Shown: positions 39,225 through 49,925, counted from the first letter of the stretch. The stretch is DNA of 64,000 bases from Humibacillus sp. (GCA_030452985.1 JAKDLG010000001.1:40613-104612); one strand, 5' to 3'. The notes: generated by a model not told the origin, from the letters alone. Numbers and translations: made by a program.

Positions 39225-39551
39225 CTACCCGGCCTCGTCGCGTCGGGGATGAGCCTGGAGTACGAGGTCCCAGTCGCTCCTCGTCATGACGATCGCAGCC
39301 CTTGCTCCCTTCGGAAAGGGCATTGCGGCCGCCACGGCGATGTCCTCGTCGTCAGCCACGGTGGGCAGGGTGCCGGCCGTGGCCTCGCCCAGGCAGTTCG
39401 ACCAGAAGTCGTGAGAGTCCCCGAGGATCAGGGGCTGCCCGCTGTCCGTGCGCAGCTCGTCACCTCGAACGCGTACCGTGAACTGCCCAGATGTCAGCTC
39501 CGGCACCTCGGTCAGCTCTCGCCCGAACAGGTCGAGCCACAGCACGGGCAC
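39225..39551 (-). CDS. Hypothetical cytoplasmic protein (108 aa), no recognised family.
   Basis: The GTG start is preceded by GGAGG 6 nt upstream. Composition is acidic and coding-like (DLFGRELTEVPELTSGQFTVRVRGDELRTDSGQPLILGDSHDFW). Confidence 0.45.
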   Translation of the reverse strand: MPVLWLDLFGRELTEVPELTSGQFTVRVRGDELRTDSGQPLILGDSHDFWSNCLGEATAGTLPTVADDEDIAVAAAMPFPKGARAAIVMTRSDWDLVLQAHPRRDEAG

Positions 39552-39812
39552 CTTGACCTCCGCGCCATAACGGTGCTGTGCCTCCCGGCGCGGTGCTGCG
39601 CCCTGACGCAGCCGGGATCGCAGCGCGCCACGGCCCGGAGCACCGGGCCCGGTTCCTGCACCACCCGGCCACGGTCACCACCCGCCGAGCGGACACGTCT
39701 CTCGGCGTCACGATGGTCGTGCTCTTGCGGGGTACCGAGAAGGCACGGTGCTCAGTCGGCTTCGCCGTGATGGATGAGTGCGCGCGTGAAGGAGGTCGGG
39801 GCGACGAGCACG

Positions 39813-40487
39813 TCAGGCTCGCCCTCGCAGCCGCCAGCCGAGGGCGACTCCGACCAGGGCGACGGCCGCACCGGTGACCACCCCCATCGCAAAGTCGAGG
39901 GCGGCCCGGGAGTCGTGCGCGGTCGTGCGGGAGGCCGCTGGGCGCGCAGCCGCCGGGCCGGCCGCGCCCAGCGGCACGGGCTGTCCACCCGCCACCCCTG
40001 CGGTCTGGGCCTCGTCGGTCGGGTTCACAACTACCTCTGCCGAGCGCTCGCCCGTCAGGTCGGCGTCGACCGCGCTGAAGAACTGGCCGGCCAGCTTGCG
40101 GGTCACGCCCGACAGCATCCGTTGGCCGACCCCGCCGATCGCGCCGCCGACGGAGGCGTCGGCGTCGTAGACGAGGTCGGTGCCTCCGCACGGGGTGGGT
40201 GAGAGCCGCACGACAACAGTGGCGTCGACGGTACCCGGTGCGCCCGACCCCGACGCCTTCAGGGTGAACGAGTCGGGTCGCTGCGGTTCTCGCAGGGCAA
40301 CTTCTCCGTCGTAGGTGCCCCTGATGGCGGCGACGCCAGCGGTGACGGTCATCGCGTAGTGATCGGGCGACACCTCGCTCAGCTGCTCGCACCCGGGCAG
40401 GCACCGGGCCAGCACGGCGGGGTCATGGAAGGCGTCCCACACCTGGCCCGGATCGGCGGTGAGGGTGGCAGTGCCGGTGATCTTCAT
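39813..40487 (-). CDS. coxG: CoxG-like SRPBCC protein with a C-terminal membrane anchor.
   Basis: The ORF starts MKITGTATLTADPGQVWDAFHDPAVLARCLPGCEQL (CoxG/SRPBCC signature). A C-terminal hydrophobic helix GVVTGAAVALVGVALGW is present. Confidence 0.8.
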   Translation of the reverse strand: MKITGTATLTADPGQVWDAFHDPAVLARCLPGCEQLSEVSPDHYAMTVTAGVAAIRGTYDGEVALREPQRPDSFTLKASGSGAPGTVDATVVVRLSPTPCGGTDLVYDADASVGGAIGGVGQRMLSGVTRKLAGQFFSAVDADLTGERSAEVVVNPTDEAQTAGVAGGQPVPLGAAGPAAARPAASRTTAHDSRAALDFAMGVVTGAAVALVGVALGWRLRGRA

Positions 40488-40497
40488 CGCGGGCTCC

Positions 40498-42941
40498 TCA
40501 TGGCGTGGGCTCCTCGGCTCGGTCGGCAGGCTCTGACCGGGGGCTCGCACGGCGCAGCGGTGTGATCTCGCCAGCAGCGTACCGACGACGAAGCCCCCAC
40601 AGCTCGGAGGGGGAGATCGGCATCCGGGTGATCGCGAAGCCCTCGGCGTCTTCGATAGCGGAGGCGATGACGGCCGAGACGGGGATGCAGCCCGCCTCGC
40701 CGGCACCCTTGATGCCCAGAGGATTCAGAGGGGACGGGGTCTCGAGGTGGTCGGTCTCGATGGTCGGTACCTCTGACGCGTAGGGCATCAGGAAATCCAT
40801 GAAGGACGCGTTGAGCAGCTGGCCCGACTCGTCGTAAACCATCCGCTCGTAGAGCGCGCCACCGACGCCCTGGGCCACGCCACCGTGCACCTGGCCCTCG
40901 ACGATCAACGGGTTGATCATCGGGCCGCAGTCATGCACGACGCAGTAGCGCAGGATGCGGATTTCGGCTGTGACCGGGTCGGTCTCGACGATCGCGGCGT
41001 GCATCCCGTTGGCGAAGGTGGCCTGCGTAGGTGAGTAGAAGTCCTTACCTTCGAGCCCGGGCTCGTCGCCCGCGGCGACCGGTGGGCGGTCGGGGTCGAA
41101 GGTGCCCGCGAACTGGGTTGCGGCCTGGGCCGCCTCGTCGAAGGCGTAGCGCAGGGGGTTGCTCAGCACCGACACCGTGCCCAGCGTCATCGAAGCCGAC
41201 GGGGCACCCTTGACCTGTACCGTGCCGTCGACGATCTCGAGGTCGTCGGCGGAGACCTCGAGGGCATCGGCCGCGATGCGCAGCGCCTTGGCCCGCACCT
41301 GACGGGCGGCCAAAGCGACGGCGCTGCCGCTCATCACCGCGGCCCGCGAGGCGAAGGTGCCCACGGCATAACCCATCTTGCGCGTGTCGCCGGTGGTCAC
41401 GAACACGTCTTCCATACGAACCCCCAGCTCGTCGGCAACGATCTGGGCGAACACCGTCTCGTGACCCTGGCCCTGTGAGGTCAGCCCGATCGACACATTC
41501 ACGCGGCCGCTCGTCTCGACCTGAACGTGGCTGCCCTCGTAGGGCCCGACCCCGGTTCCCTCGACGTAGCAACCGATCCCGAGACCGATCTTGCGGCCCT
41601 GGGCCGTCGCGGCCGCACGTTCGGTCGCGAAGTCGTCCCAGCCCACGAGCGCCTTGAGCTTCGACAAGGTGGCGGGGAAGTCACCGGAGTCGTACCTCAA
41701 CGGGCGTCCGTCCTGGAAGAGCAGCCCGTGGTCGTAGGGCATCTCGCTCGGCAGAATGAAGTTGCGGGCCCGCACCTCTGCCCGGTCGAGGCCGAGCCGG
41801 TCGGCGATGGCGTCCATCGTGCGCTCCATCGCGAAGCACCCCTGCGGTCGGCCCGCTCCCCGATAGGGCGTGACCAGAACGGTGTTGGTGTAGAGCGACC
41901 AGAACTTGACCCGGTAGGCGCCCGGCTTGTAGGGCCCGAGCAGCTGGGTCGAGGTGATGATCGGCACGATGATGCCGTAGGGGGTGTATGCGCCGTTGTC
42001 GTGCCAGAACTTCACGTCGAGCCCGAGCAGGTGACCGTCGTCGTCGAAGCCGACCGTCACGGTGTGCAGCTGACCTCGCTCGTGAGCGGCCGCGACGAAG
42101 TGCTCGCGCCGGTCCTCGGTCCACTTGACCGGGTGACCCAACCGCCGCGCAGCCCACGGCACGAGCACCTCCTCCGGCCATGGGTGCATGATCTTCACGC
42201 CGAAGCCGCCGCCGACATCAGGCGCTATGCACTCGACCTTCGCCAGCGGCAGGTCGAGCTTGGCCGCCACGGCAGCACGCACACCCGTCGAGGTCTGGGT
42301 GGAGGAGTACATCCGCAGCTCGTCGCGCTCGTCGTCCCACCGGGCGTAGACGCCCCGTCCCTCCAGGGGCGTCGAGGCGCTGCGTTCGATGTCGAGCTCA
42401 AGGGTGAGGGTGTGCGGCGCGCTCGCCAGAGCTGCGTCGACGTCGCCGACAACCTGGGTGAGGTGAGCGGCCACGTTGCCGGGAACGTCGGAGTGCACGC
42501 GCGCTGCCCCGTCACGGGCCGTCTCGATACCGACGACCACCGGCAGCGGTTCGTAGCGCACGCGGATGCGTTGACAAGCGTCCTCGGCGACATAGCGGTC
42601 GGTGGCCACGACCATCACGACCGGTTCGCCGACGTGGTTGACCTCGTCGCGGGCCAAGGCGTATCCGGTGCGCCCGTGGGTGAGGGCCGGGTGCGGGATC
42701 AGCAGCGGGAGCGGCTCACCCACCTTGCCCGGCAGGTCGTCGTGGGCGTAGATGCCGAGCACCCCGTCGAGCTCGAAGGCGTCGTCGGCGTCGATGTCGA
42801 CGACCCGGGCGTGGGCGTGCGGGCTGCGCACGAAAGCCGCCGCGAGGGCGCCGTGACCGAGGTCGTCGAGGTAGCGGCCTCCACCCGTGACGAGTCGGGG
42901 GTCCTCCTTGCGTTTGATCGGGGCGCCGAACAGCCTCGTGC

Positions 42942-42945
<4 letters not shown>
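40498..42945 (-). CDS. Molybdopterin-binding large subunit of a xanthine-dehydrogenase-family hydroxylase (CoxL form II-like).
   Basis: An 815-aa ORF starting STRLFGAPIKRKEDPRLVTGGGRYLDD. The active-site loop is PYRGAGRPQG, not the AYXCSFR loop of true CO dehydrogenases. Confidence 0.9.
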
Positions 42946-43516
<571 letters not shown>

Positions 43517-43520
<4 letters not shown>

Positions 43521-44473
43521 CGACGTCCACCCCCCAGCCCCTCGAACGCCGCGTTCGTTCTCGAACTCACCGTTGCAACAGCGCTTTCGTGCACGAACGC
43601 TGCGTTCGATCGGCTGATGGCGATTGGGAGAGCGCGGCGGGTGAGTTCGGCGACGAGCATCCGGCGGTAGTCGGCGCTCGCGTGGATGTCGGTCTCGGGG
43701 GCTACGTGTTCCCGCACGGCCTCGGCCGCCTGGTCGAGCGCGCTGCCGAACCCTGCGTCGGCCAGCTCTCGGCCGCCCAGTGCCGGCGTGAGGTCGAGCA
43801 CGCTGGGTACGTCGGTGACCGACACGAACGAGGCGGCGGCGGCCGAGACCACCCCGTCGCTCACCGTCACCCGCACGGCGACGCCGGCGAGCGCGTAGTC
43901 ACCGCTGCGCCGCGCCGACTCGGCGAACGCGGTGCCGGTGCCGGGGGGCATCCGGTTGAACCGGGTTGCGACTGCGAGCTCGTCGGGTGCGAGCACGGTC
44001 TCGAGGGCGCCGAGGAAGAAGTGCTGCCAACCGACCTCACGGATGCCGTGAGGCCCGACCACCTCGACGGTGCCGTCGCAGAGCGCCAGCACCGCCGGCA
44101 TCTCGCCCGCTGCGTCGGCATGCGCGATCGACCCCACGGTGGTGCCCCGGTTGCGGATGGCCGGGTGGGCGACGTTGACGACTGCCTGTCGCAGCAGGGG
44201 AAGCGCCGCATGCGTCGAGTCTGACCGCTCCAGACCCGAGTGGCGCACCAGGGCGCCGACGCGCACGGAGTCCGAAGTGATCTCGATGTCGTCGAGCCCT
44301 GTGACGTGGTTGATGTCGATGAGGTGGCCCGGTGACGCGAGGCGCATGTTGAGGATCGGGATGAGGCTTTGCCCGCCGGCCAGCACCTTGCCGTCGTGGC
44401 CGACCTCGGCGAGAACGGCGACGGCCTCCTCGACCGAGCGGGGCGCGTGGTACTCGAACGGAGCGGGCTTCAT
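43517..44473 (-). CDS. FAD-binding medium subunit (CoxM-like), with a C-terminal tail encoded by a palindromic repeat element.
   Basis: The ORF starts MKPAPFEYHAPRSVEEAVAVL...LAGGQSLIPILNMRL. The last ~35 aa (AISRSNAAFVHESAVATVSSRTNAAFEGLGGGRR) are translated from the palindrome-rich segment 43530-43620. Confidence 0.85.
43543..43609. repeat. Two copies of the 15-bp palindrome CGAACGCNGCGTTCG plus the 12-bp palindrome TTCGTGCACGAA (diverged family B element).
   Basis: Read directly: 43543-43557, 43595-43609 and 43587-43598. Confidence 0.8.
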
Positions 44474-44505
44474 CTGATGATCCTGCCTCCCGGGATGACC
44501 AGGAT

Positions 44506-45987
44506 CTAGGGGCGCCGTCGATCGGGTTCGTCGCGGTGGCCGGCCGCTCGGTCATGAGTGCCGGGGCTGTCGTCCTCGTGGTCGATGCCGGCCGGCCCGA
44601 CGATGATGAGGGCTCCGTCGGCGCGCGCCCGCAGGTCGGCGGGCGCGAGAGCACGCGCGAGGTGGTAGGCGCCGATGGCCACGATGGTGCCCAGGGCGAT
44701 ACCGCCGAGCTCGAAGTTCTTTGAGAACACCAGGCTCACGTTGCCGATGCCGATGACGATGCCGGCCGCGACGGGAACGAGGTTGATCGGGTTGGCGAAG
44801 TCGACGCCGTTCTCCTTCCAGATCTTGGCGCCGAGCAGGCCGATCATGCCGTAGAGCACGACGGTGATGCCGCCGAGAACGCCGCCCGGGGTGGCCGCGA
44901 CCAGGGCGCCGAACTTGGGCGAGAGCCCGAAGATGATCGCGACGACGGCGGCAACGTAGTAGGCCGCGGTGGAGTAGACGCGGGTGGCAGCCATGACGCC
45001 GATGTTCTCGGCGTAGGTCGTCGTCGGCGAGCCACCCACGGCGGAGGCGAGCATGGTGCCGACGCCGTCGGCTCCGATCGCCCGGCCCATGTAGGGGTCG
45101 AGGTCGGTCTTGGTCATCTCGGCGACCGCCTTGACGTGGCCGGTGTTCTCGGCGATCAGGGCGATGACGGCGGGCAGCACGAGCAGGATCGCCGCGACCG
45201 AGAAGCTCGGCAGGTGGGCGCCGACGATCTCCTTGCCGTCAGGGCCGATGCTGCTCACAGGCGGGAGACCGAACCAGGACGCCGAGTTGAACCCGTCGAG
45301 GTTGACCCTGAAGTGGTCGGTGATCTTGCCGGTTCCGTCGGAGGAGGTGATCATGCCGAAGACCTCGTCGAAGACCCACGAGAGCACGAACCCGAACACG
45401 AGAGCGAGGAAGATCGCGATGCGCCCGACGAACCCGCGGAAGGCGACGGCGAACACGATGGCGAACGTCATGACGCACAACGCGACCCACTGGTCCTGTG
45501 GCCAGTAGACGTTGGCCACCACCGGAGCGAGGTTGAACCCGATCAGCATCACGACGGCGCCGGTGACGACCGGCGGCAGCACCTGGTGCAGCAGTCTCGA
45601 GCCCAGGTAGTGGATCGCGACGCCGACGAGGGCGAGCACGAAGCCGGCGACCAGGATGGCGCCCGTCACGGTGGCCGACGTCGCACCTTCCTGACTGCGG
45701 ATGGCCGCGGCCGCTCCGACGAACGCCGCTGAGGTGCCAAGGTAGCTGGGCACCTTGCCGTTCACGATGAGCAGGAAGCAGATCGTGGCGATGCCGCTCA
45801 TCATGATTGCCAGCTGCGCGTTGAGGCCCATCAGGAGCGGGAACACGAACGTCGCGCCGAACATCGCGACGACGTGCTGCGCCCCCAGCCCGACGGTCCT
45901 GCCCCACGAGAGCCGCTCGTCGGGGGCCACGACCTCATCGGGCCCGAGTGTCTTGCCGTCGCCGTGCAGCTTCCAGCCCAGTGCCAT
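44506..45987 (-). CDS. NCS2-family nucleobase:cation symporter, RutG-like pyrimidine permease.
   Basis: Translation from Met 45987 gives MALGWKLHGDGKTLGPDEVVAPDERLSWGRTVGLGAQHVVAMFGATFVFPLLMG...VPSYLGTSAAFVG...PPVVTGAVVMLIGFNLAP. This closely follows the E. coli RutG pattern as I recall it. Confidence 0.85.
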   Translation of the reverse strand: MALGWKLHGDGKTLGPDEVVAPDERLSWGRTVGLGAQHVVAMFGATFVFPLLMGLNAQLAIMMSGIATICFLLIVNGKVPSYLGTSAAFVGAAAAIRSQEGATSATVTGAILVAGFVLALVGVAIHYLGSRLLHQVLPPVVTGAVVMLIGFNLAPVVANVYWPQDQWVALCVMTFAIVFAVAFRGFVGRIAIFLALVFGFVLSWVFDEVFGMITSSDGTGKITDHFRVNLDGFNSASWFGLPPVSSIGPDGKEIVGAHLPSFSVAAILLVLPAVIALIAENTGHVKAVAEMTKTDLDPYMGRAIGADGVGTMLASAVGGSPTTTYAENIGVMAATRVYSTAAYYVAAVVAIIFGLSPKFGALVAATPGGVLGGITVVLYGMIGLLGAKIWKENGVDFANPINLVPVAAGIVIGIGNVSLVFSKNFELGGIALGTIVAIGAYHLARALAPADLRARADGALIIVGPAGIDHEDDSPGTHDRAAGHRDEPDRRRP

Positions 45988-46175
45988 GTACGACTCCCAT
46001 CGGAAAGCGCCGGTTCGTCCCGCGCGGTCGGTGCCGGCACCCACGCTGCGGGCGCCTTGGGCCGAAAACTACTCCGAGACAGGGGGGTCGCGGTGGGCAA
46101 TTGCTGCTGACGCGCCGAAGTCGGTCTGGCAGGACCTGCCCTTCAGCCCCGCCCTCCCGGTCGAGAGCCCAAGAC

Positions 46176-46243
46176 CACCCAGTCGAGTGGCCACTTTCGA
46201 ACGCTCGGGGGGTCAACCCCACCCAGTCGAGTGGCCACTTTCG
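46176..46243. repeat. Two identical 24-bp cores (CACCCAGTCGAGTGGCCACTTTCG) spaced 44 bp apart (repeat family A).
   Basis: Copies at 46176-46199 and 46220-46243 were read directly. They are in inverse orientation relative to the 27.7 and 48.1 kb arrays. Confidence 0.85.
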
Positions 46244-46297
46244 TACGGTCGGGTGACCGTGCCCCCACCAGGGCGGCCGGGGTGAGCGGCATCCGGC

Positions 46298-46978
46298 TCA
46301 CGCCTGCAGGCCGCGACGGATGAGCGCGACCACCTCGGCGGCAGGTCGAACGTCGCCGTACGAGCGGTACACGACGTGCAGGGTCGCGTTGTGCTCTCGA
46401 TCGGTGTTGACGGCGCAACCGTCCGCCACGAGCACGACGCGGTAGTCGAGCGTACTGGCGTCGCGAACGCTGGCCTCGACGCAGACGTTGGTGACCGTGC
46501 CCGTCAAGATGACGGTGTCGATGCCCTGCTCGGCCAGTAGCTCGGGCAGGTCGCTACGGCCGGGGAAGAAGGCGCTGCTGGCCGTCTTCTCGGCCACGAG
46601 GTCGCCAGGCTCGACCTCCAGGCCGGCCCAGAGCCGTTCGACAGGCCGGCCGGAGCCGCCTGAACGCGCGTACCCCTGCGCAACCTCGTCGCCGTAGAAC
46701 TCCCGAGCTCTCGCCGAGGGCACGACGGGTCCGGGCACGACCCAGGCGACCGTTCCCCCGGCCCGGCGCAGCTCGTGGGCGAGCAGATTGACGGTCGGCA
46801 CGATGGCGCGGCAGCGAAGCGACTGCTCGACGAAGAACGGGACGAGGTCGACCACCACCAAGGCGGTACGGAGCGGGTCGATGCGTTCGAACGCGTGCCG
46901 GCGCCCGCGCCTCTCCTCGTGGCGGCGGTACTCCCGTTCGTCGATCGACCAGTGGAGCGCCGCCGAGTCATCGTTCAC
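46298..46978 (-). CDS. Isochorismatase-family cysteine hydrolase (the fold of RutB, BiuH and NicF).
   Basis: Motifs ALVVVDLVPFF and the catalytic Cys region LTGTVTNVCVEASVRDA are present. The GTG start makes a GTGA overlap with the monooxygenase stop. Confidence 0.8.
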   Translation of the reverse strand: MNDDSAALHWSIDEREYRRHEERRGRRHAFERIDPLRTALVVVDLVPFFVEQSLRCRAIVPTVNLLAHELRRAGGTVAWVVPGPVVPSARAREFYGDEVAQGYARSGGSGRPVERLWAGLEVEPGDLVAEKTASSAFFPGRSDLPELLAEQGIDTVILTGTVTNVCVEASVRDASTLDYRVVLVADGCAVNTDREHNATLHVVYRSYGDVRPAAEVVALIRRGLQA

Positions 46979-48069
46979 GGCGACGGCTCGAGGATGGTCG
47001 CGAACTGCCTCAGGAGTGCTCGAGCAGGCGTGGCTCTAGCCAGGGCATCGCGCAGGCTTGCCGTCAGCGGGTTGCCGGCCTGGGCCACCCGTCCGGCCAG
47101 CCGAGAGCGCGAGACCACGTACTCAGCGCGAGATCTGCGGTGGAGCTCATAGGCAGCCAACGCCTCGGGAACCGGGGCTGAGCCGAGCTCGTCGAGCAGT
47201 GCGGCGACGTCTTCGAGGGCTTGGGCGGCCCCTTGGCCCAGGTTCGGGGTCATCGCATGGGCGGCATCGCCGACCAGAGCCGTCGAGCGGCCGTCGTGCC
47301 AAGCGTTCAGGGCGGGGAGGTCCTGCAGCGCGAGCACGGGCGTGCTGCCCACCTGCCGCGCCTCGAGGGCATCGACGACCGGATGGTGCCAGCCGGCGAA
47401 GGTCTCGAGCGGATGCTCGGCGGCGGCCCGAGTTCGGGTGGCCGCGAACCAGTAGATCAGCTCGTCGCGCAACGGCACCAGCCCGAACCGCAACCCTCGA
47501 CCCCAATACTCGGTGGTCACCGCTGGCGTCATCGACCCGGTCCGGGCCACTCCGCGGGCGGCGAACTGACCCGTCTGCCGGGGGTGCACCACCCCTGTCA
47601 CCACCTCGCGTACCGACGAGTCGATTCCATCGGCCCCGACGATGAGCGTCCCGGAAACGGCTCGCCCGTCGACCAGGAGCTTCCCGGAGGCAACGGCCAT
47701 GGTCGAGCCGTAACGAATCGGTTCCGAGAGGTGCTCGCTGAGGGTGCGGGTCAGCTCGGCGCGGTGGACCGCGATCATGGGCCCGTAACGGGCCGTGAGC
47801 TCGGCGATCGGCAGCTGGGTGATCTCCCGGCCTCGAGCGCTGCGAATCGTCGCGCGGCTTGCCGGCATCCCGATGCTGCGGACCGCCGCGGCGGCACCGA
47901 TCGCGTCGAGGGCTCGCATCGCGTTAGGCCACAGCGTCAGGCCGGCGCCGTCCTCGCGCGGGGCGGATGCGCGTTCGAGCACGGTGACCTCCCAGCCGAG
48001 CCGCTCCAGCCCGATGGCGGTCGCAAGGCCGGCCACCCCGGCACCGACGACGGTGGCAGTCGGGCTCAT
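46975..48069 (-). CDS. FAD-dependent aromatic/heterocycle monooxygenase (UbiH/salicylate hydroxylase/HpxO-like).
   Basis: The N-terminus is TVVGAGVAGLATAIGLERLGWEVTVLER (GxGxxG). Later motifs are LVGDAAHAMTPNLGQGAAQALED. Confidence 0.85.
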   Translation of the reverse strand: MSPTATVVGAGVAGLATAIGLERLGWEVTVLERASAPREDGAGLTLWPNAMRALDAIGAAAAVRSIGMPASRATIRSARGREITQLPIAELTARYGPMIAVHRAELTRTLSEHLSEPIRYGSTMAVASGKLLVDGRAVSGTLIVGADGIDSSVREVVTGVVHPRQTGQFAARGVARTGSMTPAVTTEYWGRGLRFGLVPLRDELIYWFAATRTRAAAEHPLETFAGWHHPVVDALEARQVGSTPVLALQDLPALNAWHDGRSTALVGDAAHAMTPNLGQGAAQALEDVAALLDELGSAPVPEALAAYELHRRSRAEYVVSRSRLAGRVAQAGNPLTASLRDALARATPARALLRQFATILEPSP

Positions 48070-48132
48070 GGGGTCAACTCTCCCTCAGTTCGATCACAGC
48101 GGCGACGCTGTCGCCCGCCCAGCGGCATCCGC

Positions 48133-48208
48133 CGACTGTATGAAGGTGGCCATTCGACTGTACGGAAGTGGCCATTCGACTGTACGGAAGTGGCCACTCG
48201 ACTGGGGG
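48133..48208. repeat. 22-bp tandem repeat, 3.5 units (CGACTGTACGGAAGTGGCCAYT; repeat family A).
   Basis: Units at 48133-48154, 48155-48176 and 48177-48198, plus a partial unit at 48199-48208, were read directly. The array ends 4 nt from the PucR stop codon. Confidence 0.85.
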
Positions 48209-48212
48209 CGGG

Positions 48213-49925
48213 TCAGAGGCCGCGCATCCGGTGCACCTTGAGGGCGAGGGCCAGCGCGAGCCGCAGCTCGGGGTCTGTCGTGAACGGGCCGAGCATCCTC
48301 TCCAGCTTGCCGATGCGGTAGCGCAGCGTGTTGTAGTGGAAGAAGAGGCGCCGGGCCGTCTCGGCGACGTTGAGGTTCGTGTCGATGAGCAGGCCGAGCG
48401 TCTGGCGCAGGTCGGCGTACTCGGCCTGGTCGTCGGTGGCGAGCGGGCCCAGCGTGTCAGTCACGAAACGCCGCAGGTCGGCGCCGTCGGGCACGAGCGC
48501 GAGAAGCCGGTAGATGCCGAGACCGTCGACATGGGTCAGCGCGCCGTGGCCGTGCAGCTGACGGCCGACGGTGACCGCCGACTGCGCCTCGTCGTAGGCC
48601 TGGGGCAGGTCTGCGGGCGACGTGATCAGGCGAGACACCCCGGCCGAGAAGCTGCGGCGGCCACCGCCACCGTCTCCGCGCACCACGCGCACGAGATCGT
48701 GGACCGAGCGCAGGACGCGGTCGGTGTCGGCCTCGGCCGGCACGCCCACCAGAGCGACGACCTCGCGGCTGAAACCCATGACCGGAGAGCGGCTCTCCCG
48801 GACTGCCATCGCGTGGGTCCACGCCCGGGTGAACCGCTCCTGAAGGAAACGCACCTCCTCCGCGCCGCGGCTCGACCGCTCGTCGTCCTCGTCGGTCTCG
48901 GCCACGACGACCACCATCGGGCGGTCGATGTCCCACCCGAGCGACTGCGCGTGCGCAACGGCGTCAGCCACCGACCCGGCCCGGCCGGCGAGGGCGTCGC
49001 GCAGAAACTCGGCCCGGTACTTGCTCTCCACCGCCGCCACGGCCTGGTCCTTGGTGATGGCCAGGGCCGCTACCGTGGCCGCGCGCTCGAGCAGGTGCAC
49101 GTCATCGACCGTGAGGGGGCGCCGGCTGCAGAAGGCGACGAGCAGGCCGTGGTCGAAGTGACCGGCGGCGATGCGGACCGCGGCGCGGCCGGCGGTGGGG
49201 CCGTCGGGGCGGGCGCCGATCGGCTCCGACTCCGTCAGCAGCCGCCCCGACCGGTCGAAACAGGGCAGGGATGCCGCGTGCTCGCGTTCGGGTACCGAGC
49301 CCGCCGCGGCGATGACCCGCCCGTCGGTGGTGGTCACCATCGCCGCCCCGCCGATGAAGCCGACCACCCGTTCGCACAGGTCATCGAGCGAACCACCGGC
49401 CAGGACGATCCGCACGAGAGCGCGATCGGCATCGTCGAGCCGGCGCAGCAGCGACGTCTGGTGCTCGAGGATGGCCTCGAGCACCTCGGTGGTGAACCGA
49501 GGCAGGCGCTCGTCGGGGAGCTCGATGAGCGGCAGGGTGCTGGCGTGCTCTGCGGGCCTCATGAAGGGTTCGGCCCGGTCGGCCGAGGCGGTGCCCACCA
49601 CGAGACCGGCCGCGCCGGCCCGGGCCAACCGGCCCATCAGACACTCTCGACCTGAGGCGGTGGGCCCGGCTGCGCTCAGCAGCGTCGTTTCGTCGGTGAT
49701 GACGAGCCGGTGGAGCAGGTCGATCTGCTCGCTGTGGACGGGGAGCACCGTGCTGACGCGGTCGACCGCGACATCGAGGTCGCCGACGCAGACGTGCATG
49801 ACGCCACCTCGACTCGCCGCCAGACCTGCGATGCGACGCAAGGGGATGCCGGACACGTCGGAATCGGTGACGGAAGCTGGCAAAAATGCAGCACGGGGAG
49901 GGGCATCGTTGGCAACATTGGCCAT
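48213..49925 (-). CDS. PucR-family transcriptional regulator (purine catabolism regulator-like).
   Basis: The C-terminal PucR HTH reads NVAETARRLFFHYNTLRYRIGKLERMLG. The large N-terminal sensor region is typical of the family. Confidence 0.85.
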   Translation of the reverse strand: MANVANDAPPRAAFLPASVTDSDVSGIPLRRIAGLAASRGGVMHVCVGDLDVAVDRVSTVLPVHSEQIDLLHRLVITDETTLLSAAGPTASGRECLMGRLARAGAAGLVVGTASADRAEPFMRPAEHASTLPLIELPDERLPRFTTEVLEAILEHQTSLLRRLDDADRALVRIVLAGGSLDDLCERVVGFIGGAAMVTTTDGRVIAAAGSVPEREHAASLPCFDRSGRLLTESEPIGARPDGPTAGRAAVRIAAGHFDHGLLVAFCSRRPLTVDDVHLLERAATVAALAITKDQAVAAVESKYRAEFLRDALAGRAGSVADAVAHAQSLGWDIDRPMVVVVAETDEDDERSSRGAEEVRFLQERFTRAWTHAMAVRESRSPVMGFSREVVALVGVPAEADTDRVLRSVHDLVRVVRGDGGGGRRSFSAGVSRLITSPADLPQAYDEAQSAVTVGRQLHGHGALTHVDGLGIYRLLALVPDGADLRRFVTDTLGPLATDDQAEYADLRQTLGLLIDTNLNVAETARRLFFHYNTLRYRIGKLERMLGPFTTDPELRLALALALKVHRMRGL

